64,000 bases of DNA, from assembly GCA_902526005.1 (NCBI GenBank), contig CABZIW010000001.1, positions 94,988 to 158,987 on the forward strand, in the 5' to 3' direction. The notes below the pieces were generated by a model, which was not told the origin of the DNA, made no database searches, and saw nothing but the letters and a program-made list of their open reading frames with translations. Below, one piece after another: positions 39,088-51,202 of this stretch (positions are counted from its first letter, which is position 1; each line of letters starts with the position of its first letter). Made by a program: the position numbers and the translations under genes. The DNA is from an uncultured Pelagibacteraceae bacterium (GTDB taxonomy: Bacteria; Pseudomonadota; Alphaproteobacteria; Pelagibacterales; AG-422-B15).

Positions 39088-40287
39088 ATGGTTGAATTAT
39101 CGCAAAAAATACAAATAGCAAAAATTGTAGCTAAAGACCAAGTTTATAAGGTCCAAGAAAAATGGCAAACTTCCAAATCAGGTAAAAACTCGCTTACTAA
39201 AGACCCTGCGTATAATGCAGCAAATCCAAGACATTTTATTCCGATGATGGATGAAGATCGCTACAGTGATCGATCAGATGCTTTCGATAAAATAATTAGC
39301 GCTACACATAAACATTTCTGGGATCCTAATGACAAAAAATACATTGATTTCGAAATTCCATTTGACATAGAGAATGAAAACATTGTTGACCCTGATGGAC
39401 CTTTCGGAATTGAATTACAAATTCCAAGCATTAGAGAGAAGTTATCAAAGCAACAGTTAATCAAATTAAACAATGAGAGTTTTAGATTTGTATTGTCGCA
39501 AATCCTCCATGGCGAGCAGGCTGCTCTATCATTGAGTGCAAGTTTATGTCACGTACTAAGAGACCCAGGCGCTCAAGAATATGCAGCTAATCAAACAAGG
39601 GAAGAAGCTAGGCATGTTGCAGGCTTTACTAAATATATACAAGCAAGATGGGGGTCACCCTATAAAGTTGGGCCAACTTTAGGTAGAGTAGCTAACGAAA
39701 TTGTTTCGTCTGATTTGGTATATAAAAAAATTATTGGAATGCAAATGATGATCGAAGGATTGGCTATGGGCGCATTTGCTATGGCATATGAAAATACAAA
39801 TGACCCAGTACTGAAAACATTGTTAAAATATACGATGAGTGATGAAGCATTTCATCATAAGTTTGGCAAAATATGGGCAGATAGAACAGTGCCAAAATTG
39901 ACCAAGAAAGAGCATATTAAAGTTGAAGATTGGGCTGAAAAGATATTTGTTGAACTTCTGTTTAACCTAGTCAATCCATTTGAAAAGAAACACGTATATT
40001 CCTGTGTTGGCTTGGATCATAAGTGGGTTGATCGTGAATTCCATAAATATATTGATCAAGGAGAAGTAATCAAGGATGAGATGAAAAATCAAAATAATAT
40101 CTTTAGAGTTCTCGTCAAAACACTTTTAAAGGCGCACATAATTACTGATAGAACTAGAGCAACTTATGCCGAATTTGTTAACATGGACGAGTTAAATAAT
40201 GAGAGTGATACTGTTGCCGGTCAGGAAATTGCCGATCAAGGTGTAAGTGCCTTAAGTGAAATCAATCAATTAAAGAAAACTGCTTAG
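39088..40287 (+). CDS. ferritin-like di-iron carboxylate protein (oxygenase/desaturase-like), function unknown
   Basis: Two symmetric ligand sets: HGEQ-x29-EEARH and IEGL-x29-DEAFHH (E...ExxH twice, spacing identical). N-terminal ~130-aa extension with HFWDPNDKKYIDF. Reminiscent of AurF-type or acyl-ACP-desaturase-type proteins, but not assignable by eye. Confidence 0.6.
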   Translation: MVELSQKIQIAKIVAKDQVYKVQEKWQTSKSGKNSLTKDPAYNAANPRHFIPMMDEDRYSDRSDAFDKIISATHKHFWDPNDKKYIDFEIPFDIENENIVDPDGPFGIELQIPSIREKLSKQQLIKLNNESFRFVLSQILHGEQAALSLSASLCHVLRDPGAQEYAANQTREEARHVAGFTKYIQARWGSPYKVGPTLGRVANEIVSSDLVYKKIIGMQMMIEGLAMGAFAMAYENTNDPVLKTLLKYTMSDEAFHHKFGKIWADRTVPKLTKKEHIKVEDWAEKIFVELLFNLVNPFEKKHVYSCVGLDHKWVDREFHKYIDQGEVIKDEMKNQNNIFRVLVKTLLKAHIITDRTRATYAEFVNMDELNNESDTVAGQEIADQGVSALSEINQLKKTA

Positions 40288-40291
40288 ATAA

Positions 40292-40825
40292 TTATTTCGG
40301 TGACTTTTTCTGCAGTATTCTCTGTAATGTTCTTCTGTGCATCTTTAATCTTCTAGCAGTCTCAGAAACATTCCGGTTACACAACTCATATACTCTAAGT
40401 ATATGCTCCCATTTTACCCTATCTGCAGACATTGGGTTTTGTGGGGGTTCAGGCGTAGATGAATAAGGGGCCTTTAGTGCAGCTTCAATATCATCAGCGT
40501 CCGCCGGTTTAGCGAGATAATCGCACGCACCTTCTTTAACGGCCGCAACTGCTGTAGGTATATTACCATAACCAGTGAGCATTACGATCTTACTATCTGG
40601 CCTTTTATTTGATAAAACTGAAACAACCTCAAGACCATTTCCGTCGTTAAGTCGTAAATCAATAACTGCGTACTTTGGAGCGTTTGAGTTAACTAATGAT
40701 TTCGCTTCTGAAACAGATGATGCACCATAAGCCTCATAGCCTTTTCTTTTCATTGCAGTTATTAATCGATTTCGAAATATATCATCATCGTCAATAATCA
40801 TCAGAGATTTATCATTCAAGTTCAT
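40292..40825 (-). CDS. regA: redox response regulator RegA/PrrA/ActR
   Basis: Receiver domain (IIDDDD...DLRLNDGNG) plus the highly conserved C-terminal HTH NVSETARRLKMHRRTLQRILQK. Confidence 0.85.
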   Translation of the reverse strand: MNLNDKSLMIIDDDDIFRNRLITAMKRKGYEAYGASSVSEAKSLVNSNAPKYAVIDLRLNDGNGLEVVSVLSNKRPDSKIVMLTGYGNIPTAVAAVKEGACDYLAKPADADDIEAALKAPYSSTPEPPQNPMSADRVKWEHILRVYELCNRNVSETARRLKMHRRTLQRILQKKSPK

Positions 40826-40844
40826 ATAATTATCTTTTGTATTA

Positions 40845-42140
40845 TTATTTCAATAAATCGAGCTGGTCTTTTGATAAAACTATTTTTACCATTCCACCAC
40901 CACTTTCCCTATGAGAAAACTTAATCTGACCATTGGACTTTGCAAGAAGGTTTTTTGATATAAATAAACCTAGTCCCAACCCTTGTTTTTCGGCTTTATT
41001 GTTATTTTTTATATATGGTTCCCCTAAGAAAGGAAAAATTTCTGGCGCAAAGCCGGGGCCGTCGTCTGCTACTTCAATGATAATACTCTCTTTCTCACTT
41101 ATTAAATTTATATTAATAACTGCGTTAGCAAATTTGTAAGCATTATCAATAACATTTGTAATCGAATGTACAATTTCAGCTGATCTTGGAATTGTAACAT
41201 CTGTATCTTCAAAGTAAGAGTCGCTAGAAATTATGGCTTTGATATTATTATTCTGATAAGAAGAAATAATTTCATTAATTAAACGGATAAAATCTAAACG
41301 ATTGATAAATTCATTATTTTTTTCATCAAGATTATTGGACCTTAATCTCTCGAGAATTTCACTGCATCTTTTAAGTTGAGATTGTATTACATTTAAATCT
41401 TCTTTTAAGTCTTGCTCTTGATTATTGTTAACAAGCTCACTTATAATTACTGATATGGTTGACAGTGGAGTTCCCAACTCATGTACAGCGGCAGCTGTCA
41501 GTCCCATTAATGCTGAAACTTTTTCTTCATTTGATAATGAAAGCTGTGTTTCTTTTAATGCCCTGCGAGTTTTTCTTGAGTCATCTGCAACTCTAAAACA
41601 GTAAAATGTTAAGAATATGGTTGCAATAATTAGTGCTGACCAAATTAAAAATATCTCAAATCTTGAAAATTCGTTTTGACTGATTCCAAGTATGTCACTT
41701 TCTAAAGGGTAATAGAAGAATGCTAAAAAATTAAGTGAGACGATGGCAATAAAAGTAATAATTATTATTCTTTTTAAATCAAGATAGGTAGCAGAAATTA
41801 CTAGCGGAGCAAGAATCAATACACAAAAAGGATTAGTTAGCCCACCTGTTAAAAAAAGAAGCCCTACAAGCTGGAGCAGGTCAAAAACTAATATGAAAAA
41901 TGTTTCGTTATAATTAAGTATTTTTGTTAAAGGAAAAAATATACTGACAATAATATTCAGTATGACACTTAACAAGATCAATAATATACAAAGATATATA
42001 TTAAAATTTATTTCAAAATAAAAAAAAGCAATTACGACAGAAATAAATTGACCAAATATTGCAGTCCAATGTATTAAATTTAATGTTCTTAACTTTAAAT
42101 TAATTTCTTCATCAAATGATTGTTTAAGCAAATTAGTCAA
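40845..42140 (-). CDS. regB: redox sensor histidine kinase RegB/PrrB/ActS
   Basis: Six TM helices with the conserved quinone-site heptapeptide GGLTNPF (GGxxNPF). H-box AAAVHELGTPLSTI, a Cys-containing region (LKRCSEILERL), and an ATPase domain. Apparent TTG start. Confidence 0.8.
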   Translation of the reverse strand: MTNLLKQSFDEEINLKLRTLNLIHWTAIFGQFISVVIAFFYFEINFNIYLCILLILLSVILNIIVSIFFPLTKILNYNETFFILVFDLLQLVGLLFLTGGLTNPFCVLILAPLVISATYLDLKRIIIITFIAIVSLNFLAFFYYPLESDILGISQNEFSRFEIFLIWSALIIATIFLTFYCFRVADDSRKTRRALKETQLSLSNEEKVSALMGLTAAAVHELGTPLSTISVIISELVNNNQEQDLKEDLNVIQSQLKRCSEILERLRSNNLDEKNNEFINRLDFIRLINEIISSYQNNNIKAIISSDSYFEDTDVTIPRSAEIVHSITNVIDNAYKFANAVININLISEKESIIIEVADDGPGFAPEIFPFLGEPYIKNNNKAEKQGLGLGLFISKNLLAKSNGQIKFSHRESGGGMVKIVLSKDQLDLLK

Positions 42141-42194
42141 GGTTTATTTCCTAATATTGGATATAATAATTAAATAATATTCTATATTCTTTCA

Positions 42195-45322
<3,128 letters not shown>

Positions 45323-45345
45323 TTAATTGTTGTTTGTTTTTAATA

Positions 45346-46461
45346 TTATATAATATTTTTCATTTCAAAGAAAACTGTTTGATCACTTATATTCTCAAAT
45401 AAGTTTTTTGATACACCAGAAAACCATACTTGAGATTTCAAATCTGATAGCTCGCTAAATAGGAATTCTTTACGATCAATGTCGAGATGCGCCATTGCTT
45501 CATCAATCAAAATGATGGGGGCGCGCCCATTATTTTTATTTTTTACCATTTTGGCAACTGAAAGAAATATAGAAAGTAAGATAGACTTTTGCTCTCCAGT
45601 TGAACAATTTTTTGCTTCAATGATTTTGTCAGTATTGTTAAATATCTTAATCGTAACCTTATTGACAGTCAGTGATGTTTTATTTAAAGCGCTGTCGATT
45701 TCTCTATTATTACTTAAAACCGTGATATATTTTGAAATAAGCTCCTCAGAGTTAAGTATGTTACCCAATTTTGATAGCTCATGATCGACATCAATCTGAC
45801 ACGTATTGAAAGGCCTTTTGACTGTTTCCAGGTCCTTATTGAGTTGATCTATAAAACTTTTCCTATTAATAAGCAGTTGTACCGATAAATTTGCAATATT
45901 TTTCTCAATGATACTTAGCCAATTAAAGTCGTATTTTTTATTCTTTAACAAAGCCAACCGCTCACTTAGAAGTTTTTGCAATTTTGTATAATGTTTTAAG
46001 TGATTTTTATTAATATTAAAGATAAGACGATCAAAAAAATTTCTTTTTTCTGAATTGCTTTGAAGCATTACTTTTTCCATTATTGGTGTAATCCATAAAA
46101 TGTTTATGAATTCCAATAATTGATAATTATTAATTTTTTCATTATCAGCTAAAATATGATTTTTATTCTTATCCTCATTGTGGAAACTTCGAGAAAGTTG
46201 GATCTCACCAGTTTCATATTTAATATTTAATTTAATATCAAAACTTTGCTGGTTTTGATTTTTATTTGGTATTTCGGATAGACGCGAATTTTTCATACCT
46301 CTGCCAGGAGAAAAAAGTGAAATTGCCTCAAGTATATTTGTTTTACCTGAACCATTTTTTCCATTCAGTACTATGAATGTATTAAGGTCCTCAAGATTGG
46401 TGTTTAAATGATTTTTAAAATTAATTAATGAGATTTTTTCAATCCTAGTATTAGGATTCAT
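45346..46461 (-). CDS. recF: DNA replication and repair protein RecF
   Basis: Walker A GKNGSGKTNILEAI and the SMC-like signature STGEQKS. The ATG at 46461 is 2 nt after the dnaN stop; the track start 46467 is TTG. Confidence 0.9.
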   Translation of the reverse strand: MNPNTRIEKISLINFKNHLNTNLEDLNTFIVLNGKNGSGKTNILEAISLFSPGRGMKNSRLSEIPNKNQNQQSFDIKLNIKYETGEIQLSRSFHNEDKNKNHILADNEKINNYQLLEFINILWITPIMEKVMLQSNSEKRNFFDRLIFNINKNHLKHYTKLQKLLSERLALLKNKKYDFNWLSIIEKNIANLSVQLLINRKSFIDQLNKDLETVKRPFNTCQIDVDHELSKLGNILNSEELISKYITVLSNNREIDSALNKTSLTVNKVTIKIFNNTDKIIEAKNCSTGEQKSILLSIFLSVAKMVKNKNNGRAPIILIDEAMAHLDIDRKEFLFSELSDLKSQVWFSGVSKNLFENISDQTVFFEMKNII

Positions 46462-46463
46462 AA

Positions 46464-47591
46464 TCAAATTCGCATAGGCATTAATACAAAAAATAAATTT
46501 TCATCAGTCTTATCAAGGATAATTGCTGGAGAAATTGAGTCAGATAAACTAATACTAATTTCATCTCCATCAACCTCATTACAAATATCTATGATATATT
46601 TAGAATTAAATCCTATATCAACTTTATCACCACTATAGTTAACATCTATCATCTCATTTGCTGATCCCTTAGATTGACTCTCAACGCTAAGACTGAGCGA
46701 ATTATTTTCTATGCAAAACTTTATAGCTTTTGATTTTGATTCTTCATTTGCAGCTACTGCTGAAACACGATCTATGGCATTTTTAAGATCACTGTTGTTA
46801 GTTTTAAAATTTTTATCATTTTTTTGCGGTATAACTTTAGTATAATCAGGAAAGGTGCCATCAATAACTTTCGATACAACCTTTAGATCGTTGAAAGAAA
46901 ATTTAATTTTATTTTCATTTAGCGATACACTGACATCTCCATTTGCATCATCAAGAACCTTTCTTAATTCATATATAGTTTTTTTTGGAATAATTATCCC
47001 AGTTATATCTTCTGCGCCCTGAGGGAGCGGAATATCATATTGTGCTAAACGGTGACCGTCCGTAGCAACCGCTCTCAAAAATTGAATAGAATTCCTCTCA
47101 GCCTTATGTAAAAAAATGCCATTTAAATAATAACGTGTTTCCTCATTTGAAACTGCAAATTTTGTTTTATCTATAATTCTAATAAGCTCATCTGCACTAA
47201 GAACAAAATTTGTAGACAAATCACTATCAGATATTATTGGAAAATCGTCAGTTTTAAGAGTAGATAGATTAAATTTTGACCTACCGCAGGTCAATCTGAT
47301 TTCATTTTCACCTTCTTCCATTATCATCAAGACTTCCGATCCAGATGGTAAACGTTTAATAATTTCAAAAAAAGTTACAGCGGAGACAGATACTTCACCA
47401 GATTGTAAAACTTCAGCTTTAATTTTATCAGAACAATAAATGTCCAGATTTGTAGACGATAAGATCAGTTTATCATCTTTAGCTTCTAAAATTATATTAG
47501 AAAGAATAGGTAGTGTATGTCTAACTTCTACAATTCCGTGTATATGAGACAATGCCTTGAGTAAGTCTGTACTGTTTATTTTGAATTCCAT
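46464..47591 (-). CDS. dnaN: DNA polymerase III beta sliding clamp
   Basis: 375 aa with three-domain clamp length. LPILSNIILEA near the N-terminus, LMPMRI at the C-terminus. Positioned between dnaA and recF. Confidence 0.95.
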   Translation of the reverse strand: MEFKINSTDLLKALSHIHGIVEVRHTLPILSNIILEAKDDKLILSSTNLDIYCSDKIKAEVLQSGEVSVSAVTFFEIIKRLPSGSEVLMIMEEGENEIRLTCGRSKFNLSTLKTDDFPIISDSDLSTNFVLSADELIRIIDKTKFAVSNEETRYYLNGIFLHKAERNSIQFLRAVATDGHRLAQYDIPLPQGAEDITGIIIPKKTIYELRKVLDDANGDVSVSLNENKIKFSFNDLKVVSKVIDGTFPDYTKVIPQKNDKNFKTNNSDLKNAIDRVSAVAANEESKSKAIKFCIENNSLSLSVESQSKGSANEMIDVNYSGDKVDIGFNSKYIIDICNEVDGDEISISLSDSISPAIILDKTDENLFFVLMPMRI

Positions 47592-47616
47592 AAAAAATTT
47601 AATTTACAGCCGAAGG

Positions 47617-49026
47617 TTATAAGGAAGTAATCATTTGTGTAATCAAGTTTACATCCTCATCAAATTTAGAATCGTTTTCTTTTAACTCATCTATTTTTTT
47701 AACAGCATGAATAACAGTTGTATGATCTCTTCCTCCAAATTTTCTTCCAATTTCAGGTAACGATCTGGTTGTCAGTTTTTTTGACAAGTACATTGCGATT
47801 TGTCTAGGTCTGGCAAAAGTTCTGATTCTTCTACTGGAAATTAAATCATCAATTCTTATGTTGTAGTAACTCGATACCTTTTTTTGAATTTCATCAATCG
47901 TAATTCTTTTATCATTAGATTTCAGTAAATCCTTTAGAACTGATTTAGTTAACTCAACATCAATTTTCTTACCTAAAATATTTGAAAATGTATAAACTTT
48001 ATTTAAAGCTCCTTCTAATTCTCTTACATTTGATGTAACTGTCTTGGCAAGAAAAGATAATACTTCCTCATCTAAACTTAATGTATTTTTATTTCTATCT
48101 TTTAGTTCATTGTATTTATTTTTGATAATTGAAAATCTCAAGTTATAATCAGCAGGCATTATATCTACGACCAAGCCGCCTGAAAGCCTGGATTTCATTC
48201 TTTCGTTGAAACTTCCGAGATCACTTGGTGGTCTATCTCCGGAGATTATAACTTTTTTATTCATATCCAGTAGAGAGTTAAAAGTATGAAAAAATTCTTC
48301 TTGAGTAGAAACTTTTCCAATCATAAATTGTATATCATCAAGTATCAATATATCTACAGATCTAAATTTTTGTTTAAAAGACATTGTATCTTTTTGTCTT
48401 AGTGATTTTATAAATTGAAACATAAATCGTTCTGCTGAGAGATATAAAACACTCTTTTCTAAATTTTCTTCTTTGTATTTCCAACCAATCGAATGCAATA
48501 AGTGAGTTTTACCTAAACCAACGCCTCCATAAACATACAACGGATTAAAATCATTAATGTCTTTTGTACAAAAACGTTTTGCTGAAGCAAAAGCTAACTC
48601 ATTTGACGGTCCAACAATAAACTTTTCAAACTTAAATCTATCATCTAATGGCCAATCATCTGAAAAGCTTGATGAGCTCGAGTAAATATTTGTCTTTTTA
48701 ACATCACTAGAAACTTTATCAATGTTAAGCATATTAGCGGTAAGAGAATTATCAATATTGATCTTTACTCTTTTAATTTGTGAATTTTCTTGATTTAAAA
48801 AAAATATAATTTTGTCTAGATAGTGTGAGGTGATCCAGTCTCTTATAAATCTTGTTGGCACAGTGAAGTACAGGACATCTTCATCTAAGTTTCTTATTGA
48901 AATATTTTTAATCCAACTGTTAAAAATTTCGTTTCCATATTCTGCATTGAGTTTCTTGAGGACTGAATTCCACTGATCTTTTAAGTCAATTGTTGAAGCT
49001 TGATTCTTATTTAAATCTTGATACAT
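47617..49026 (-). CDS. dnaA: chromosomal replication initiator protein DnaA
   Basis: AAA+ Walker A GGVGLGKTHLL, Walker B ILILDDIQF, sensor/box VII, and domain IV GRKFGGRDHTTVIHA. I use ATG 49026; the track start 49035 is TTG. Confidence 0.95.
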   Translation of the reverse strand: MYQDLNKNQASTIDLKDQWNSVLKKLNAEYGNEIFNSWIKNISIRNLDEDVLYFTVPTRFIRDWITSHYLDKIIFFLNQENSQIKRVKINIDNSLTANMLNIDKVSSDVKKTNIYSSSSSFSDDWPLDDRFKFEKFIVGPSNELAFASAKRFCTKDINDFNPLYVYGGVGLGKTHLLHSIGWKYKEENLEKSVLYLSAERFMFQFIKSLRQKDTMSFKQKFRSVDILILDDIQFMIGKVSTQEEFFHTFNSLLDMNKKVIISGDRPPSDLGSFNERMKSRLSGGLVVDIMPADYNLRFSIIKNKYNELKDRNKNTLSLDEEVLSFLAKTVTSNVRELEGALNKVYTFSNILGKKIDVELTKSVLKDLLKSNDKRITIDEIQKKVSSYYNIRIDDLISSRRIRTFARPRQIAMYLSKKLTTRSLPEIGRKFGGRDHTTVIHAVKKIDELKENDSKFDEDVNLITQMITSL

Positions 49027-49127
49027 TTTTTGCAAGCCCCTCCAATAGCCCTATATAAAATCTTATCTAATTTACAAAAAAAGCATAATTCTTTTTATAC
49101 TTTTTTATTAAAAACCAAAATTGGATC

Positions 49128-49164
49128 AAAAAAAGCCCTGACTAAAATATTAATAATTTTAGTC
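49128..49164 (-). terminator. AT-rich hairpin plus T-run, possible rpsT terminator
   Basis: GACTAAAAT-attaata-ATTTTAGTC forms a 9-bp stem. On the minus strand it is followed by AGGGC and then T7. The stem is entirely AT-rich apart from its ends, so support is weak. Confidence 0.35.
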
Positions 49165-49351
49165 TAAAAAATTATTTTTTCTGAATAATTAAAAAAGAGA
49201 TTTTTTAATTTGAAATAAACTAGCTTCTCTAAAAATGAATCGCAATAATAAAAGTAGTTAAGATACTTATAAAATTTAGAATTAAATTAGTCTGTTATGT
49301 TTGCATGTAACTTTCACTGCTTTTCATAAGCTACGGAAAAGTTTAATGAAT

Positions 49352-49615
49352 CTATTTGATAGATTTTATTTGGCTGGATAAACGTGAAATTTTTCTTGAG
49401 GCAGTGTTCTTGTGAACAATCTTTTTCGAAACAGCTGACATTATTTCTGACTCTGCATGCTTTAGAGCCTCTTGAGCTTCATTTTTATTGCCTTTAACAA
49501 TATTTAGTTCTACTTTTTTAATATAAGTACGATATCTGTTCCTAACAGATTTATTAATGTCTGTTTTTTTAGAAATCTCTCTTACTTTACCTTTTGCAGA
49601 TTTTGTATTGGCCAT
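49352..49615 (-). CDS. rpsT: 30S ribosomal protein S20
   Basis: 87 aa, very basic, with the MANTKSAKGKV N-terminus typical of S20. Confidence 0.92.
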   Translation of the reverse strand: MANTKSAKGKVREISKKTDINKSVRNRYRTYIKKVELNIVKGNKNEAQEALKHAESEIMSAVSKKIVHKNTASRKISRLSSQIKSIK

Positions 49616-49631
49616 AATTAACTATATTTTT

Positions 49632-50459
49632 TTATCTTTGACATTCAGAACAATAAAATGATGAACGTTGCGCTATTACTATTCGTATTATGGGCGACTG
49701 ACAAGATCTTTTTGCACATTTTGATCCCTCCTTACCATAAACATACAATTTATTTTGAAAATATCCCATCTTTCCAGAAACCATCGTATGATCGTTTATG
49801 CTTGAACCACCTAATTTTATAGATTTTTTTAGTACACTTTTAATAGCGCGTACCAATTTTACACAATCCCGTTTTGTAATATCTTTACCTAACCTGAATG
49901 GATGAATACCTGAAATGAATAATGCTTCAGAAGCATAAATATTTCCAACACCAACAATATATTTTTGATTCATAATTATATTTTTAATCGGCGATTTTTT
50001 ATTTTTCGTTACGTTCAAAAGATACCGATCATTAAATTGTCTAATAAGGGGCTCAACTCCAAGGTTCACAAAGAATCTATGTCTTTCTAATGAGGCCGTT
50101 TCCGTAACGAAAATATATCCAAATCTTCTTGGGTCAATAAATTGAAAAACTAAGTTCTTGTCAAATAAGATAGAGAAATGTGTGTGTTTAAATTTTTTTT
50201 TATTATTTTTTACGATAATAATCCTTCCTGACATGCCTAAGTGTATTACTAATGATCTGTTATTTGATAAATTTATAATTATATATTTTGCTTTTCGATA
50301 AACAGTTGTAACTGTAGAGCTCTCTACTTCTGAAGATAAATTTTTTTGGATAGGATATCTTAATTTACTTATATATTTCTTGAATCGTAAAATTTTATGC
50401 TTATTAATTTTGCTTTTTATGCCATTTACAACTGTTTGGACTTCTGGTAGCTCTGGCAT
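49632..50459 (-). CDS. mutM: formamidopyrimidine-DNA glycosylase
   Basis: Catalytic N-terminus MPELPEVQT, an H2TH region, and a C-terminal CxxC...CxxC zinc finger (CAKRSC...CSECQ). Confidence 0.9.
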   Translation of the reverse strand: MPELPEVQTVVNGIKSKINKHKILRFKKYISKLRYPIQKNLSSEVESSTVTTVYRKAKYIIINLSNNRSLVIHLGMSGRIIIVKNNKKKFKHTHFSILFDKNLVFQFIDPRRFGYIFVTETASLERHRFFVNLGVEPLIRQFNDRYLLNVTKNKKSPIKNIIMNQKYIVGVGNIYASEALFISGIHPFRLGKDITKRDCVKLVRAIKSVLKKSIKLGGSSINDHTMVSGKMGYFQNKLYVYGKEGSKCAKRSCQSPIIRIVIAQRSSFYCSECQR

Positions 50460-50512
50460 ATATTACATTTATACTTTTTTAGTTTATAAGATATTAAATA
50501 AATAAACGTATT

Positions 50513-51202
50513 ATGGAAACAAAAGAAGTTTTTGATAAAGTTGCAAGCAAATACGATATCATGAATGATATTATGTCACTTGGTGCACATAGGTATTGGA
50601 AAGAATTACTAATCGATTGGCTTTCTCCGGAAAAGGAGATGCATATAATTGATGTAGCCGGAGGAACTGGTGATGTTGCAAGACGATTCTTAAAAAGAGT
50701 TAAAGGCAAAGGAAAGGCTACTGTGTGTGATCCTAATGAATTTATGGTTGAAGAAGGAAAAAAAAATCACAACTTTAAAGATAAAATTGAATGGATTGTT
50801 GCGCCTGCAGAAGATCTTCCTTTTAAAGAAAATACATTTGATGCATACCTCGTGTCCTTTGGTGTTAGGAATTTTTCTAATATTGAAAAATCATTGGGTG
50901 AAGCATATAGAGTGTTAAAACCTGGGGGAAAATTTTATTGCTTAGAATTTTCCAAAGCAGAGAATGAAACAATTTCAAATGTGTATAATTTTTATTCTTC
51001 AATTATACCAGTAATGGGTAAAATTATTGTTGGAGATGAAAAGCCTTATGAGTACTTAACAAAAACAATTAGTAATTTCCCATCACAAGAAAATTTTAAA
51101 AAAATCATTGAGGGTACAAAATTTAAAGATGTAAACTATCGTAATATTTTTAATGGAATAGTAGCCATACACAATGGCACAAAAATTATAAATGCTCAGT
51201 AA
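50513..51202 (+). CDS. ubiE: ubiquinone/menaquinone biosynthesis C-methyltransferase
   Basis: FDKVASKYDIMNDIMSLG..HRYWK and the SAM motif DVAGGTGD. Followed by ubiB. Confidence 0.9.
   Translation: METKEVFDKVASKYDIMNDIMSLGAHRYWKELLIDWLSPEKEMHIIDVAGGTGDVARRFLKRVKGKGKATVCDPNEFMVEEGKKNHNFKDKIEWIVAPAEDLPFKENTFDAYLVSFGVRNFSNIEKSLGEAYRVLKPGGKFYCLEFSKAENETISNVYNFYSSIIPVMGKIIVGDEKPYEYLTKTISNFPSQENFKKIIEGTKFKDVNYRNIFNGIVAIHNGTKIINAQ

Noticed and set aside
49140-49164. AT hairpin upstream of dnaA as an origin-unwinding or IHF-type element
   Set aside because: It cannot be distinguished from a weak rpsT terminator: on the minus strand a T7 run follows 5 nt after the stem. It is listed only as a low-confidence terminator.
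50494-50709. 71-aa minus-strand ORF overlapping the start of ubiE
   Set aside because: It is antisense to a well-supported ubiE frame, has no motifs, and would leave no promoter space for ubiE or mutM.
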